Below, one piece after another: positions 35,656 through 48,300 of a DNA stretch of 64,000 nt (its first letter is position 1; each line of letters begins with the position of its first letter). Source of the DNA: Heterodontus francisci (Eukaryota); contig NC_090419.1 of assembly GCF_036365525.1 (NCBI RefSeq), forward strand, positions 2,294,001 to 2,358,000. The letters are read 5' to 3'. The notes beneath the pieces were generated by a model. It worked only from the letters and a program-made list of their open reading frames with translations, did no database searches and had not been told where the DNA came from. The position numbers were made by a program, and so were the translations under genes.

Positions 35656-37770
35656 ACTAATGCAGCCCCTCAAACTCATGCAGACCCTCAAACCAAACCA
35701 ATGTCGCCCCTCAAACCTTTGTAGCCCCTCAAACTAATGCAGCCCCTCAAATGAATGCAGATTCTCAAACTAATGCAGCCCCTGAAACTCATGCAGACCC
35801 TCAAACCAAACCAATGTCGCCCCTCAAACCTTTGTAGCCCCTCAAACTAATGCAGATTCTCAAACTAAGCCGGCCCCTCAAACTAATGCGGCCCCTCAAA
35901 CTAAGGAAGCCCCTCAAACTAAGGCGTCCCCTCAAACTAATGCAGCCCCTCAAACTAATGGCAGAATCTCAAACTAATGCATACCCTCAAACCAATGTCG
36001 CCCCTCAAACTCATGCAGTCCCTCCAACTCATGCAGCACCTCCAACTAATGCAGCACCTCCAACTAATGCAGCCCCTCAAACTAATGCAGAACATCAAAC
36101 TAATGCAGAACCTCAAACTAATGCGGCCCCTCAAACTAAGGCGGCCCCTCAACTAAGGCGTCCCCTCAAACTAAGGTGGCCCCTCAAACTTATGCGGCCC
36201 CTCAAACTAATGCAGTCCCTCAAACTAATGCAGTCTCTCAAACTAATGCAGTCCCTCAAACTAATGCATTCCCTCAAACTAAGGCAGATCCTCAAACTAA
36301 TGCAGATGCTCAAACTAATGCAGTCCCTTAAACTAATGCAGCCCCTCAAACTAAGGCGGCCCCTCAAACTAATGCAGCCCCTCAAACTAACGCGGCCTCT
36401 CACCTAAGGCGGCCCCTCAAACTAATGCAGCCTCTCAAACGAAGGCAGCCTCTCAAACTGAGGCGGCCCCTCAAACTAAGGTTGCCCCTCAAACTAAGGT
36501 TGCCCCTCAAACTTAGGCGGCCCCTCAAACTAAGGCGGCCCCTCAAACTAAGGCGGCCCCTCAAACTAAGGCGGCCCCTCAAACTAAGGCAGCCCCTCAA
36601 ACTTAGGCGGCCCCTCAAACTTATGCGGCCCCTCAAACTAAGGCGTCCCCTCAAACTAAGGCAGATCCTCAAACTAATGCAGTCCCTCAAACTAATACAG
36701 ATCCCCAAACTAATGCAGATGCTCAAACTAATGCAGATCCTCAAACTAACGCAGATCCCCAAACTAATGCAGATCCTCAAACTAATGCAGTCCCTCAAAA
36801 TAATGCAGATCCCCAAACTAATGCAGATGCTCAAACTAATGCAGATCCTCAAACTAAGGCACTCCCTCAAACTAATGCAGTCCCTCAAACTAAGGCAGAT
36901 GCTCAAACTGATGCAGATCCTCAAACTAATGCAGTCCCCAAACGAATGCAGTCCCTCAAACTAATGCAGTCCCTCAAACTAAGGCAGTTCCTCAAACTAA
37001 TGCAGATCCTCAAACTAATGCAGTCCCTCAAACTAATGCAGCCCCTCAAACTAATGCAGTCCCTCTAACTAATGCAGTCCCTCAAACTAATGCATTTCCG
37101 CAAACTAAGGCAGATCCTCAAACTAATGCAGATGCTCAAACTAATGCAGTCCCTCAAACTAATGCTGTCCATCAAACTAATGCAGTCCCTCAAACTAAGG
37201 CAGATGCTCAAACTAATGCAGATGCTCAAACTAATGCAGTCCCTCAAACTAATACAGCCCCTCAAACTAAGGCAGCCTCTCAAACTAAGGCAGCTCCTCA
37301 AACTAAGGCAGCCACTCAAACTAATGCAGCCCCTCAAACTATGGCAGCCCCTCAAACTAAGGCAGCCCCTCAAACTAAGGCAGCCCCTCAAACTAATGCA
37401 GTCCCTCAAACTAAGGCAGCCCCTCAAACTAATGCAGCCCCTCAAACTAAGGGAGCCCCTCAAACTAAGGCAGCTCCTCAAACTAAGGCAGCCCCTCAAA
37501 CTAAGGCAGCCCCTCAAATGAATGCAGATTCTCAAACTAATTCAGCCCCTCAAAATAATTCAGCCCCTCAAACTAATTCAGCCCCTCAAACTAAAGCAGT
37601 CCCTCAATCTGAGGCATCCCCTCAATCTGAGACAGGCCCTCAATCTGAGACAGGCCCTCAATCTGAGGCAGACCCTCAAACTAATGCAGACCCTCAATCT
37701 GAGGCAGCCCCTCAATCTGAGGCAGCCCCTCAAACTAAGGCAGTCCCTCAAACTAAGGCAGCCCCCCGCA
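35656..37770. repeat. 18-bp minisatellite, ~115 copies
   Basis: Unit ctcaaactaa(t/g)gc(a/g)g(c/t/a)cc. Confidence 0.97.
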
Positions 37771-37884
37771 AGAAAACCTATATTGATGATTGCTCTTTTT
37801 TTGATTGGGAACAGTTTGTCTTCCCACTTCCAATTTCACTCGTTTCTCTGTGGGTAAAATTCCGGACACTAGCACCCAAATTTA

Positions 37885-39160
37885 TGTCACAACCACATGG
37901 GAAGGGGGTCAGTTACTATCTTCATCTGGTCTTATTGTAACAGGGTTTCATTTTAAACTCAGTGTGTTTTAACCTCCCACTTATTGACTCTTTGTTCTCA
38001 AGTTTCCAATTACAAGGCACATAAATGAGCATCAACAGGCTTTCTTTAGTTTAAAGGAGGAAAGTGAAATTTATGAAACTTACTTAAACTTAACCTCTCA
38101 TACAGTTCACACCTATAAATATACGACACACCCACGCACATGTGATACACACATGCAATAGGGACAGAAAAGAGAAGGAAAATAAAATAAAGAGGCTGAG
38201 ACAATTTCAGAAGTGCTTTTTGTTTACTGTGCTGTGTTTACAGTTAACCGTAAATTCCTTGATTGTAGACAGCTATTACTTTCCACTGGGGCCCAATATT
38301 TTTCTTAAACGTTGCTCACTGCAGGCCACTTTTTTCTCTTCGGGTTCATAGGTGTTCAATGGTTACCAGTGCTGGTGTGAGCAGGATGAGAGCAGACAGG
38401 AGGGAGGTGCTTTCTGAATTTCAAACACTCTGTGGCAAGCAAGTTCAGAATACAAGCAACTCCAACAGTCAGCCAGCCCTGTGATCAAACCGTTCCTCCC
38501 ACGCCTGTTTGTAGATCAAAGTGATTCATGACAACGCTTGGTCATCGCCGACGTCATCAGGATGCGCCGCGGTGCGCACATGCGCACACGGTCTCCTGAT
38601 CTCTGCGCATGCGCTGCGGTCCGGCTTGCCACGGACGCTTTCCGCATGCGCAGATGACGTCATCGCGTTACGTCGTCTCTCTCGGGCAACGCGCCACGTT
38701 GGCCTCTGCGCATGCGTCAATCTTCGGATATTCACGCCTGCGTCAAAGTTTCGGCGCGACTTTTTGAAAGTGGAGGGTGGAGAGGTTTCGTCGGGCATTT
38801 TCTCGCATTTTATCTGAATTATTTAGTCGTTTTGGAGACTTGCTTCATTTTTATTAGACACAGGAGATTGTTCCAAGGTCAGTTTGTATATTGGGCCATC
38901 CTAGCGGTTAACCTGGAATGCTAGCCTTTCCCCCTTCACCGTGTGGTAATCAAAATTCCATTGTGGATTAGATTGGAGCAGGGAATAGCGCCTTCATACT
39001 TTGAAGTACTGTCTGTGGATGTGCTGATGTCTCTCTTCAGCCAAAGTTTCCAATTGTTTATTCAAACAATTCTTTCTTGACCATCAGCACTTTAAAATCA
39101 ATGTTTATGTGGCGAAACTAATTGTCCTCATTCCCGACCGGTGCGGGTTTACCTGTCACA
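37885..39160. mobile_element. Possible solo LTR containing a CpG-rich block
   Basis: Begins tgtcacaacc and ends ...cctgtcaca; unique sequence between the satellite and a Penelope relic; no TSD seen. Confidence 0.4.
38525..38800. promoter_or_regulatory. CpG-dense block with clustered NRF1-like and CRE motifs
   Basis: GCGCATGCG-type motifs at ~38574, 38604, 38642 and 38707; TGACGTCA at 38655-38662. Confidence 0.55.
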
Positions 39161-39194
39161 CCTCAAATTACATCTCCCCTTCCTGGCACCTTGC

Positions 39195-40190
39195 AACATC
39201 CCAGATCACTCTTCTGTTACTCCCAACATCCGCTGTCCTTCCCGCCTCGCACCTTGCTAAGCAAGAGCCGGGGGTGCAATGCCTGACCTTTCAATTCCTT
39301 CCTTCTCACCGTCCAAGGTATCAAACTATCCCAGCAGATGAAACATTGGTTTACTTGTATTTCTTTTGTTTTATTTATTGTCCGAACTGCTCATGATGTA
39401 GTCTCCTGTACCGTCACCATGATTAAACATAGGTTGAGTCAGTGCTGTGCCAGACACTTCCTTTAAGAGTTTCTTGTCTATTCCCACAAAAATTCCACAT
39501 CCTGATCCCGCTCTGGCCTCTCTTAGACTCCTACATTGTTCCACATTTACATGCAATGGGGAACAGTGACGCAGCAACTTATTTTTCCCACTAGGCCTGC
39601 TGGAGCCAAAACTGAGATGAAAAGCTGCTGATTAGAAACAACGCTCACATTTTCTCGGTTGGCATGTGCTGATAATGGACGATGTCAAAACAAAAGCCCC
39701 TGGGAGTGGAGGGGGTGTAGTTTGATGCTTGGTTTGAGGACTCCCATCAGTGCTGGTTCTACAGGCTGGTACTACACCCCTGGCATCCACCCACATTTCT
39801 CTGCCTAATTCCCAGATCACAGGCGCCTTCACTTCTTGACAAAAGTTTCCATAGATGCCAGCGTTCTGTTATTCTGCTGTCAGCATTTCCACCTCGTCTG
39901 GACCCACGATCTGTTTATTTAATTGTCCCATTCGCCTTTCATCATGATAACTGGAGTCTTTGAATCTTTTCTGCCCTCCATCCTTTCACAGACTTCCTCC
40001 TTTGCTTTTTTTTTGTCCACTATACCCCACTCTTCACTGGCTCTAGTATTTCTTTAAAAATGTTTATCTCTACTATCTTCCAGTACTGATGAAAGAATAT
40101 TGACCAGAAACATTAATTCTGTATCTCTCTCTACAGATTCTGCCTGACATGCTGAGTATATTCAACTTTCTGTTTTTTTCCCAATATATT
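39195..40190 (+). mobile_element. Old Penelope-like relic (GIY-YIG region plus pLTR)
   Basis: Degenerate match to 19250-19700 (ggtttacttgtatttcttt...); ends ctgatgaaag..tgaccagaaacattaattctg. Confidence 0.65.
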
Positions 40191-40229
40191 GACAACTGTT
40201 ACAAAATTTCACATTTATTCAAGTACTTA

Positions 40230-40760
40230 GACCTCGGTATTAGCAGGGAAATGATACATAGGTATTGTTTGGGGGTAGGGGGGAGTCGGACTTTTGGAAT
40301 TCCAGATTTCCCCACATGTTGTGGAGTTTGAACTCCATGCAGTGCCCCTTTTCCCATTGACAGGCTCCCCGCCAGAAAGGCAGCTTGATTGACAGACTTG
40401 GCTTCCAGTTGATGGGGATGACTCTGGAAAAGGCCACAGGATGAATCAGGACGGATTGTGGACCCGAAAGATGTGCCCAGTCCCTGGGGAATCCGATAAC
40501 GGATCCAGGACAGCCAAATTCGCAACGGCGGGGCTCTTTGCCTAGGGTGAGTCTAATGGGGGTGAGCTTGTGGGCACAGGTGGAAACAATATTTCACTTC
40601 CTGGCCCATAAGCAGTGCTGTAATGGGAATGACCTTCTCACTGAACTGTCCTCAGCTTGTTGTCGCTGCCTGGTTTCCAGATGCCTGAGAATCCAAGCCA
40701 GCCAATGTTCCATCTGTAAACTAATATTAATTAGAGGCTGCCAGCGTACTGACTAGCCTC
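40230..40760 (-). mobile_element. Possible L1/Tx1-like ORF2 3' relic
   Basis: Fragmentary peptides CGLF...WK...SIK..FW resemble Tx1 C-termini. Confidence 0.35.
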
Positions 40761-40929
40761 CTGGGAGCGTTCTGTAACTCCTTCCCTGTTCTGTCTCTTT
40801 TAAACGTGTAAATATGTGGACTGGAGGCAGGTTGAAATCGTGGTTGAGATTTCTTAAACGAAGAAACAATACCAACCCACATATTGCTCGTGATAAAATT
40901 CAACCCTGACTGCCTGAGCTCAGACACCG

Positions 40930-41693
40930 AGTATGTTTTATTATTTCCTGGGATCTTTCCTGGAAATCACCCCTGTTTGTCGTGTTATCACTGCCCTGCT
41001 TCGTGCAGCACAGACTGTTCTGCGTTGTTCACTGTCACTTTCTCCTTTGATCAATTTATGGTCATTTGTTGCCAGTAGCTGAAAAATAAATATTGCACCG
41101 AGAAAACTGCAACTGTGGTTCCAGCAATAACCTGCATTCTGATCTGTTTAAAATGTATTCCGTTCCACTTCGTGTATGAACCTGTAAGGTTAATCGACAA
41201 TGTACCGTGGGCCTGTTGTATAAAGCCAAACTATTTTTCTGAGCCTGGTTCGGTGGGATTGATATTTGTGGGTGGGTTTGATACAGTGTTAACACCATTC
41301 ACTTTAATTCTGTTGCTCAAAGCTCTGACAATCAGGAACATTTTGGTGGCCAGTCGAGTTCATAAGGGACTGAGGGGGTCAGAGCAAGGGGGAGAATTGC
41401 AGTAACTCAGAGATGGAGAGCAGAAGGAAGTCTGTGATTTTACAATTCACCATATCTGGCAGCTTGATACTTCATACACATGTTTTAGAATTCTTAAATT
41501 ATAGCATTACAGGAACGTATCCCAATAATTATCAGGATTTTTTACATACATTTCCACAAGTCGGATTTATGCTGATGAACTTAAGTTGCTGCAAACCACA
41601 TTTATTTATGGGGCAACTCAGTCCAGGTTCAGACAGCAGTTCAAGAACATGGTGAAATATCTGGTTATCTTTATTAACTCGATTAATTCATAA
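40930..41693 (+). pseudogene. GPR139/GPR142-like GPCR pseudogene (TM3-TM7)
   Basis: ITPVC...DCSALFTVTFSFDQFMVICCQ*LKNKYCTEKTA...MESRRKSVIL...LSCC..FIY..TQSRFRQ; contains a stop and frameshifts; 5' part missing. Confidence 0.9.
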
Positions 41694-41985
41694 ACAAAAT
41701 AACTGAAAGTAGCCTAGAGGCGGTTTCCTATCAGTCAGTCCATTAATTTAATATTTATCCCCAGACTTCCATCAACGGAATGACACCATGAAATGCTGGG
41801 GATCTGAAAATACACCTGGTGTTTGGGAGGGTATCAGGGTGTTGGCGATGGGGAGAAGTCACTGTCTTTGGACAGTCATTATTTCGGTGGACAGAGGAGT
41901 AGGTACGTGACAAAGACACAGCGGGTAAGGGGCTGACGGCTGGGGTAACGGAAGGATAGGGCCTGTATAATCAAAGACGGCTAAA

Positions 41986-42171
41986 GAGTAGTAGGGGCGT
42001 GGAACGCACTACCTGCAACAGTAGTAGACTTGCCAACTTTAAGGGCATTTAAGTGGTCATTGGATAGACATATGGATGAAAATGGAATAGTGTAGGTCAG
42101 ATGGTTTCACAGGTCGGCGCAACATCGATGGCCGAAGGGCCTGTACTGCGCTGTAATGTTCTATGTTCTAT
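41986..42171 (+). mobile_element. CR1 3' end
   Basis: RVVGAWNALP peptide; ggccgaagggcctgtactgcgctgtaa(tgttcta)n. Confidence 0.85.
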
Positions 42172-42724
42172 TTCAGAGCTGTGAATGACGGACATGAAGT
42201 GACGGACAGTTGGAGAACCAATCCCAGAGCAGCAGGATGTATCACAGCAGGACCAAAAATTAGTAAGCCATGTCCAACAGGTGGCATTTGGAGGACTGAA
42301 TGTCAACGGTGCAAGCAGAGTGTCACAGTACCACTTGCAGGACCGGACGGGAAACAGAACTCACTATCACTCCTCTACCTTCTGGTTAGATTTTCAGCTG
42401 CTCACTTCTGCTCTGAAATTAAAGCAAAAAAAAAACAACTTATCCTTATAAAAGCAAAATTCTGTAGATGCTGGCATTCTACAAGAGCCAATTGATTATT
42501 ATGTCTGCTTATGTTTGGATACACTTTATTGAGCATGTCTCCCAGCCAATCCTCCCATTGCCATCTTTCTTTTGATCCATCAGTCAGACAGTGGTGGGGT
42601 TTGGTAGGTTTTTTGTCTGGACAAGCCCAGGTAAGTGGGAGCTTGGTGAAGAGGCAGAACCAGGATCAGCACAGGAGTCTCCAGCGCTGTCACCTCAGCT
42701 TGGTGGCTGCTGTTAGGGAAGAAT

Positions 42725-42972
42725 ATATTACATTTATATAGAGACTTTCAAAGCCATCGAACGACCCAAAATGCTTTACAGCCAATGAAGTACTTTGCGA
42801 AGTGTAGTCACTGTTATAATGCAGGAAACACAGCAGCCAATATACACACAGTAAACTCCCACAATGTGATAATGACCAGATACTCTGTTATATGTGAGGC
42901 TGATTGAGGGATAAATACCGACAAAGACATTGGAGAAAACTTCCCTGCACTTTTTTGATATAATGCCAGGGG
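42725..42972 (-). mobile_element. Deu-domain SINE fragment (SacSINE1/AmnSINE-like)
   Basis: gaagtgtagtcactgtt.taatg.aggaaacacagcagccaat...caatgtgataatgaccagata. Confidence 0.7.
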
Positions 42973-42982
42973 TCGCGGTGCG

Positions 42983-43262
42983 GGGGCAGGTAAAATTCTG
43001 CGGGGAGAGGCCCACCTCTCCGGCGGCGGGGGAGCGGCGGGGGGAGGGTATGGCACGGTGGAGACCTCGCTGCGCTCCACCCCCACCAAACCACTCGGCG
43101 TCTGCACCCCAATTTCCATATTCAAAGCAGTACATAACTCTGCAAATTATGCAGCCCGCTGCCTCACACTCTACACTTCCAGGTTTGACTTTAAACAGGT
43201 GGCCGTCACGGCCTTCCCGTTCCTGAACAGAAAAGGCCATCAGAGGCAGAAATTTTCCCTAA
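42983..43262. mobile_element. GC-rich MITE-like fragment (Harbinger-type end)
   Basis: Ends ggcagaaattttccc followed by TAA; starts gggcaggtaaaattctgc. Confidence 0.4.
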
Positions 43263-43859
43263 CGAAGCTAAGTTCTGTTTTCAGGGGTCTCACCCTGCAT
43301 AATGGAAGTCAGGATGGGGGGGAGGGGGGAATTCAGGGGTCTCTGTGCATACTGGAAGGAAGGAGGGAGGGGGAATACTTCGGTGTCCAATTCTGCATAC
43401 AGGAAGGGAGCCACTGCGATTCTTCCCCTCCTTTGTGGTTGTCAGTTCTGTTCCATTGACTGCCTTTGTCACTGAAGAGCCAACAGCACTTGAGTCACCC
43501 TTTATTTGGGGAGAGTGCCACAGATGGCAAGCTGTGAAGCTTATATGTCTTGTGGGCAAATCAATGCAGTCTGTGCAATAATTATGTGGTCATGGGTTCC
43601 ACTCTTTGTGGGAGATAAGACGGGCAATTCCATGACATGCCGCATAGCTGCTGCATGAAAGCACCTGATATACCACTCAACATCAATCTCTGCCCTGTCG
43701 GGACGTTTGAAGAAGTGAAGGACCCGAGTATAATTGCAACTTGGAGATGGAGATGGTTAACCTTATGTTACTTGATTCGCTTCTTGCGAGACTGCACTGC
43801 AGACGAAACTAACATGCAGTTATAGCCCACGTAGAGGCCTCCGGTCATGAGCAGCAGCA

Positions 43860-44910
43860 CCCAAAGAAAGCTCACGGCTACAGATCACTGCACATCTACA
43901 GGTCCCACATGACATACCTGCAGATATCTGAGTACCAGTGTCAGAGGCCACTGCGGATGTCGAGCCATCTCTCTGCCCTGCTGCATGGTAACTTGCAGCC
44001 CAGGGGCTTCGGGGGACATCCTATGCCTGTGGCCCTCAAAGTGACAGCGGTTTTCAATTTATACGCCTCTGCATCATTTGAGGGGCCACCAGAGACCTTT
44101 GTGGGGTCACACAGTCAGCAATGTACCGCTGCATCAGGGAGGTCACTGATGTCCTGGACCAGAGGGCTGGTGAGTATATTCGCTTCAGGACGGACTTTGA
44201 AAACCAGGGTCAGACGGAAATTGTTTTTGGCTCCGTCCTGGGATTCCCACAGGGACAAGAGATCATCGATTGCACCCATGTGGACATCAAGGCTCCTGCT
44301 GGGCGACCAGCTGAATGCATAAACTGTAAGGGCTGCCACTCAATCAACGTGCCGTTCATATATGATCACCAGAAACGATTCATGCACATCTGTGCCCGCT
44401 TTCCAGGCAGCTGCCATGGTCCCTTCAGCCTGCTCCAGTCCCAGCTGCCATTGCTATTCACTGAAATGGCTCAGATGGAGGGATGGCATCTTGGAGACAA
44501 GGGCTACCCTTCGCATTCATGGCTTCTGACAATGGTGAGACACCCCAGCAGTGCTGCAGAAGAGTGATACAATGCCAGCCATGGAGCTCCAAGAGTCACT
44601 ACTGAGCAGGTGATCGACATGCTGAAAATGCAATTCCGTTGCCTGGGTAGATCGGGCAGTGTCCTGCATTGTGTGCTGGAATGGGTAACTCGCATCATTG
44701 CTGTTTGCTGTGCTCTGCAAATCTATACACTCAATAGCGGGGAGGTCTTGCAGGATGAGGAGAGACATTGAGCATCCTCCGACGGTGAGCACACTGAGGA
44801 CTTACAGCAGGAAAGGCACATGGGAGGACAGAGGACATCCAGGCACCATGCAGGGCGAGCAGCGAGCTAGGGATGTAGAACAGCGCCTCATTGACCAAAG
44901 ATTCTCAATG
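43860..44910 (+). pseudogene. PIF/Harbinger (HARBI1-like) DDE transposase relic
   Basis: PVALKVTAVFNLYAS..., IIDCTHV, KGCHSINV, ARFPGSCH, LGDKGYP, YNASH, EQVIDMLKMQFRCL; contains a frameshift and a stop. Confidence 0.9.
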
Positions 44911-44999
44911 CCACAGGAAGAACCACTATGGAGCCATTTGTATTGCTATGAAGCACAATATAGTAATTAGCTCCAACGCTGCGTTCTGTCAGCTTGATA

Positions 45000-45335
45000 T
45001 CAGGACCAATTTAACAATTAATTTTAAATTATTCTCCTGCGTATTGGTTAGCAAGTCCATTTAAACTATTAACTGCAACTTTATTCCATGTTTATTGTTA
45101 CTAAGCCCAATTGAACAATTATCTGTAACTTTATTGCCTCTGTGCAGTATCAAACCAATATCACAATTAACTGCAACCTCATGCCTCCGTACATTGGTAA
45201 AAGGCCCAGTACAACAATCAACGGAAACCGACTGTCCATGCATTTTGTTATTAAGCCCAATATCATAATTAACTGCAACCTAATGCCGCCATGCATTGTT
45301 ATCAAGCCCAATGTAATAATTAACAGCAACTCTAA
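45000..45335. repeat. AT-rich ~50-bp tandem repeat, same family as 1-2090
   Basis: aagcccaat...aattaactgcaac.. units. Confidence 0.75.
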
Positions 45336-45379
45336 GTTAGAAAATCTAACACAGCTATTCACGAAATTAGGGAGAGTGA

Positions 45380-46625
45380 AAACATGGAACTACAGGCCAT
45401 TTAGCGTGCATCAATAGTCGGGAAAATGTTGGAACCTATTAAGGAAGTCGTAACCATGCACTTAGAAAATCATAGTGTGATCAGACAAATTCAACAGTCT
45501 TTTACGAAAGGGAAATCGTGTTTGACAAATTTATTTGAGATTTTTGAGGATGTCATTAGTAATCTAGATAAAAAGGAACAAGTATATATAGTCGAATTGG
45601 ATTTCGAAAAGGCATTCGATAAGATGCCACACAAAAGGTAAATGCACAGCATAAGGGCTCAGAGAGTTGGGCATTTATGAGCATTTATAGAGGATTGGTT
45701 AACAATACGGAAGCAAACAATAGGGATAAATGGGGCATTTTCAAGTTGCCAGGCTGCGACTACTGGAGTGAGACTAGAATCAGCGCTGGGGCCTCAGCTA
45801 CTTACAATCTATATTAATGACTTAGACAAAGAGATAGCTGCGAGGAGGACAGAAAGAGCCTACAACAAGATATAATCAGGTTAAGTATGTGGGCAGCAAG
45901 TGGGCAGATGGAGTATAATGCGGAGAAGTGTGAGATTATTCACCGAATAGTAAGCGTGCAAAAGCAGAATATTTCTTCAAAGATCTGCAAGTTCAAAATG
46001 TCGATGTTCAGAGGGTCTTGGGTTTACCCATACAAGGAACACGAAAAGTTAGCAGGCAAGTACATCAAGTAGTTAGGAAAGCAAATGGAATGTTAGCCTT
46101 TAGTGCAAGGAGTACAAGAATAGGTAACAACTTGCTGCAATTGTATAGGGCTTTGGAATATAGTGTGCAGTTTTTTAAATCTCCAGTGTTAAGGAAGGAT
46201 ATACTTGCATTGGAGGTGTTATAACGAAGGTTCACAAGATTGGCCGGTGAGATGACAGGGTCTCCTATGATGAAAGGCTGAGCAAATTGGGTCGATATTC
46301 TCTGGAGTTTAAAAGAATGAGATGTGATCTCATTGAACCATGCAAGATTCTGAAGGGGTTGTTTCTGCTGGCTGGGGAATCTATAATACGGGGACAATGT
46401 CTCAGAATAAGGGGCCTATCATTTCTGACTGAGATGAGGAGAAATGTCTTCAGCCAAAGGGTTGTTAATCTTTGGAATTCTCTACCTCAGAGAGTTGTGG
46501 ATGTTCCATCATTGAATATATATAAGTTTTAGAGCGACAGATGTTTGTCTTTCGGGGTTTCAATGGATATGGGGAGTGGGTGTGCAAGCAGAGTTGAAGC
46601 CGAGAATCAGCCATGATCTAACTGA
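45380..46625 (+). mobile_element. Degenerate CR1
   Basis: KGKSCLTNL, DFEKAFDKMPH, SQRVVNLWNSLP. Confidence 0.85.
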
Positions 46626-46761
46626 AAAGCAGACTGACCGGATATAAAACGGATATGTGTCGGATATCTGTCGGATATAAAACGAAGCAAAAAACCTCAG
46701 GAAACTTAGTCGCCTGATTTTCCTGTCACTGACAATGAATCTCTTTTTGTCCAACTTCAAT

Positions 46762-47560
46762 TTTTTTATTCATTCATGGGATGTGGGAGTCGCTGGCCAG
46801 GCCAGCATTTATTGCCCATCCCTAATTGCCCTTGAAAAGGTGGTGGTGAGCTGCCTTCTTGAACCGCTGCAGTCCATGTGGGGTAGGTACACCCACAGTG
46901 CTGCTCGGAAGGGAGTTCCAGGATTTTCACCTAGCGACAGTGAAGGAACTGCGATTTAGTTCCAAGCCAAGATGATGTGTGACTTGGAGGGGAACTTGCA
47001 GGTGGTTGTACCCCCATGCATTTGCTGCCCTCGTCCTTCTAGTTGGTGGAGGTCGCGTGTTTGGAAAGTGTTGTCGAAGGAGCCTTGGTGCATTGCTGCA
47101 GCGCATCTTGTAGATGGTACACACTGCTGCCACTGTTTGTCGGTGGTGGAGGGAGTGAATGTTTGTAGATGGGGTTCCAATCAAGTGGGATGCTTTGTCT
47201 TGGATGGTGTCGAGCTTCCTGAGTGTTGTTGGAGCTGCACCCGTCCAGGCAAGTGGAGAGTATTCCATCACACTCCTAACTTGTGCCTTGTAGATGGTGG
47301 ACAGGCTTTGGGGAGTCAGGAGGTGAGTTACTCGCCGCAGGACTGGGAGCCTCTGACCTGCACTTGTAGCCACGGTATTTATATAGCTAATCCAGTTCAG
47401 TTCTGGTCAGTGGGAGCCCCAAGGATGTTGATAGTGGGGGACTCAGCGATGGTAATGCCATTGAATGTGGTGCACTTGTGTAGTGCAAATGTTACATGCC
47501 GCTTATCAGCCCAAGCCTGGATGTTGTCCAGGTCTTGCTGCATTTCTACACGGAATGCAA
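46762..47560 (-). mobile_element. LINE 3' part (CR1/L2 superfamily)
   Basis: IYKAQVRSVMEYSPLAW...LDTIQDKA; tail atgaataaaaaaa. Confidence 0.85.
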
Positions 47561-48300
47561 ACAATCTTGTTGAAATATTCCTTCCATTCATCACCAGCAG
47601 TCCTCAAGATTTCAGTGCAGACACTGATTTCAGCCTATTCCATTAAATGTAATGTAGTGAGATGTATTAAACTGTACACAATATCAGACAATATGCACAG
47701 GAATTCACGATCTGTGCACATATACTGAAATGTTGTATTTTCCAATTGTCATGGAACACAATCCTGTCCTTGAATTCATCCAAACCATCGAATATAAACA
47801 TCAATCCCTCAGGGCTGTTGCAGAGCTCTTCCAAAATATTCTGCAAGTATGTATAGTAAAGATATATCATGTTCCACGGGTTTATTTTGTACTTAATCGT
47901 GCTCAATTCACGGAATTTAAAACTGAAAACAAATTGAAACTGTGGATATATTTTTCCAGCGGCCCAGTCATAAACAGTCTTGTGCAACATTGTTGTTTTT
48001 CCAATCCGTAGGACTCAGTTCACTGCTGCTGAAAACCCATTATTGTGTTTTCTGTGGGAAGAATTGCTCTAAATCAATTGATCAATTCGGATCTTTTCTC
48101 TATCCATTGTTCGTGGTCTCGACCTCTTGCCAGCAGTTCATGTTCGACAAGTATCCGAGCTCGAACTGTAGAAATGAGCATTAGCTCAGCGTATTGATCA
48201 ACCAGCTGGAAAATCTTAATCTTCTCCTGTATTAGGATAGTGCTCATCTTCAGTGTTTCAGTTTGTACCCCGAGTGTTTCCTTGTGCTTTTATTGAACAT
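47561..48300 (-). pseudogene. NACHT-domain NLR (NLRC3-like) exon, degraded and truncated
   Basis: Acceptor ctaattgaag|; DVQ*KHKETL...HELLARGRDHE; Walker A IGKTTM..K..YDWA.G; FVFSFKFREL; Walker B LMFIFDGLDE. Confidence 0.88.

Noticed and set aside
35656-37770. CRISPR-like array or long repetitive proteins (ORFs 35850-37940)
   Set aside because: Units are contiguous with no unique spacers, there are no cas genes, and the context is eukaryotic; ORFs appear in several frames only because the unit is 18 bp
43860-44910. Domesticated HARBI1 gene
   Set aside because: Frameshift, stop codon and altered conserved residues indicate a dead transposon
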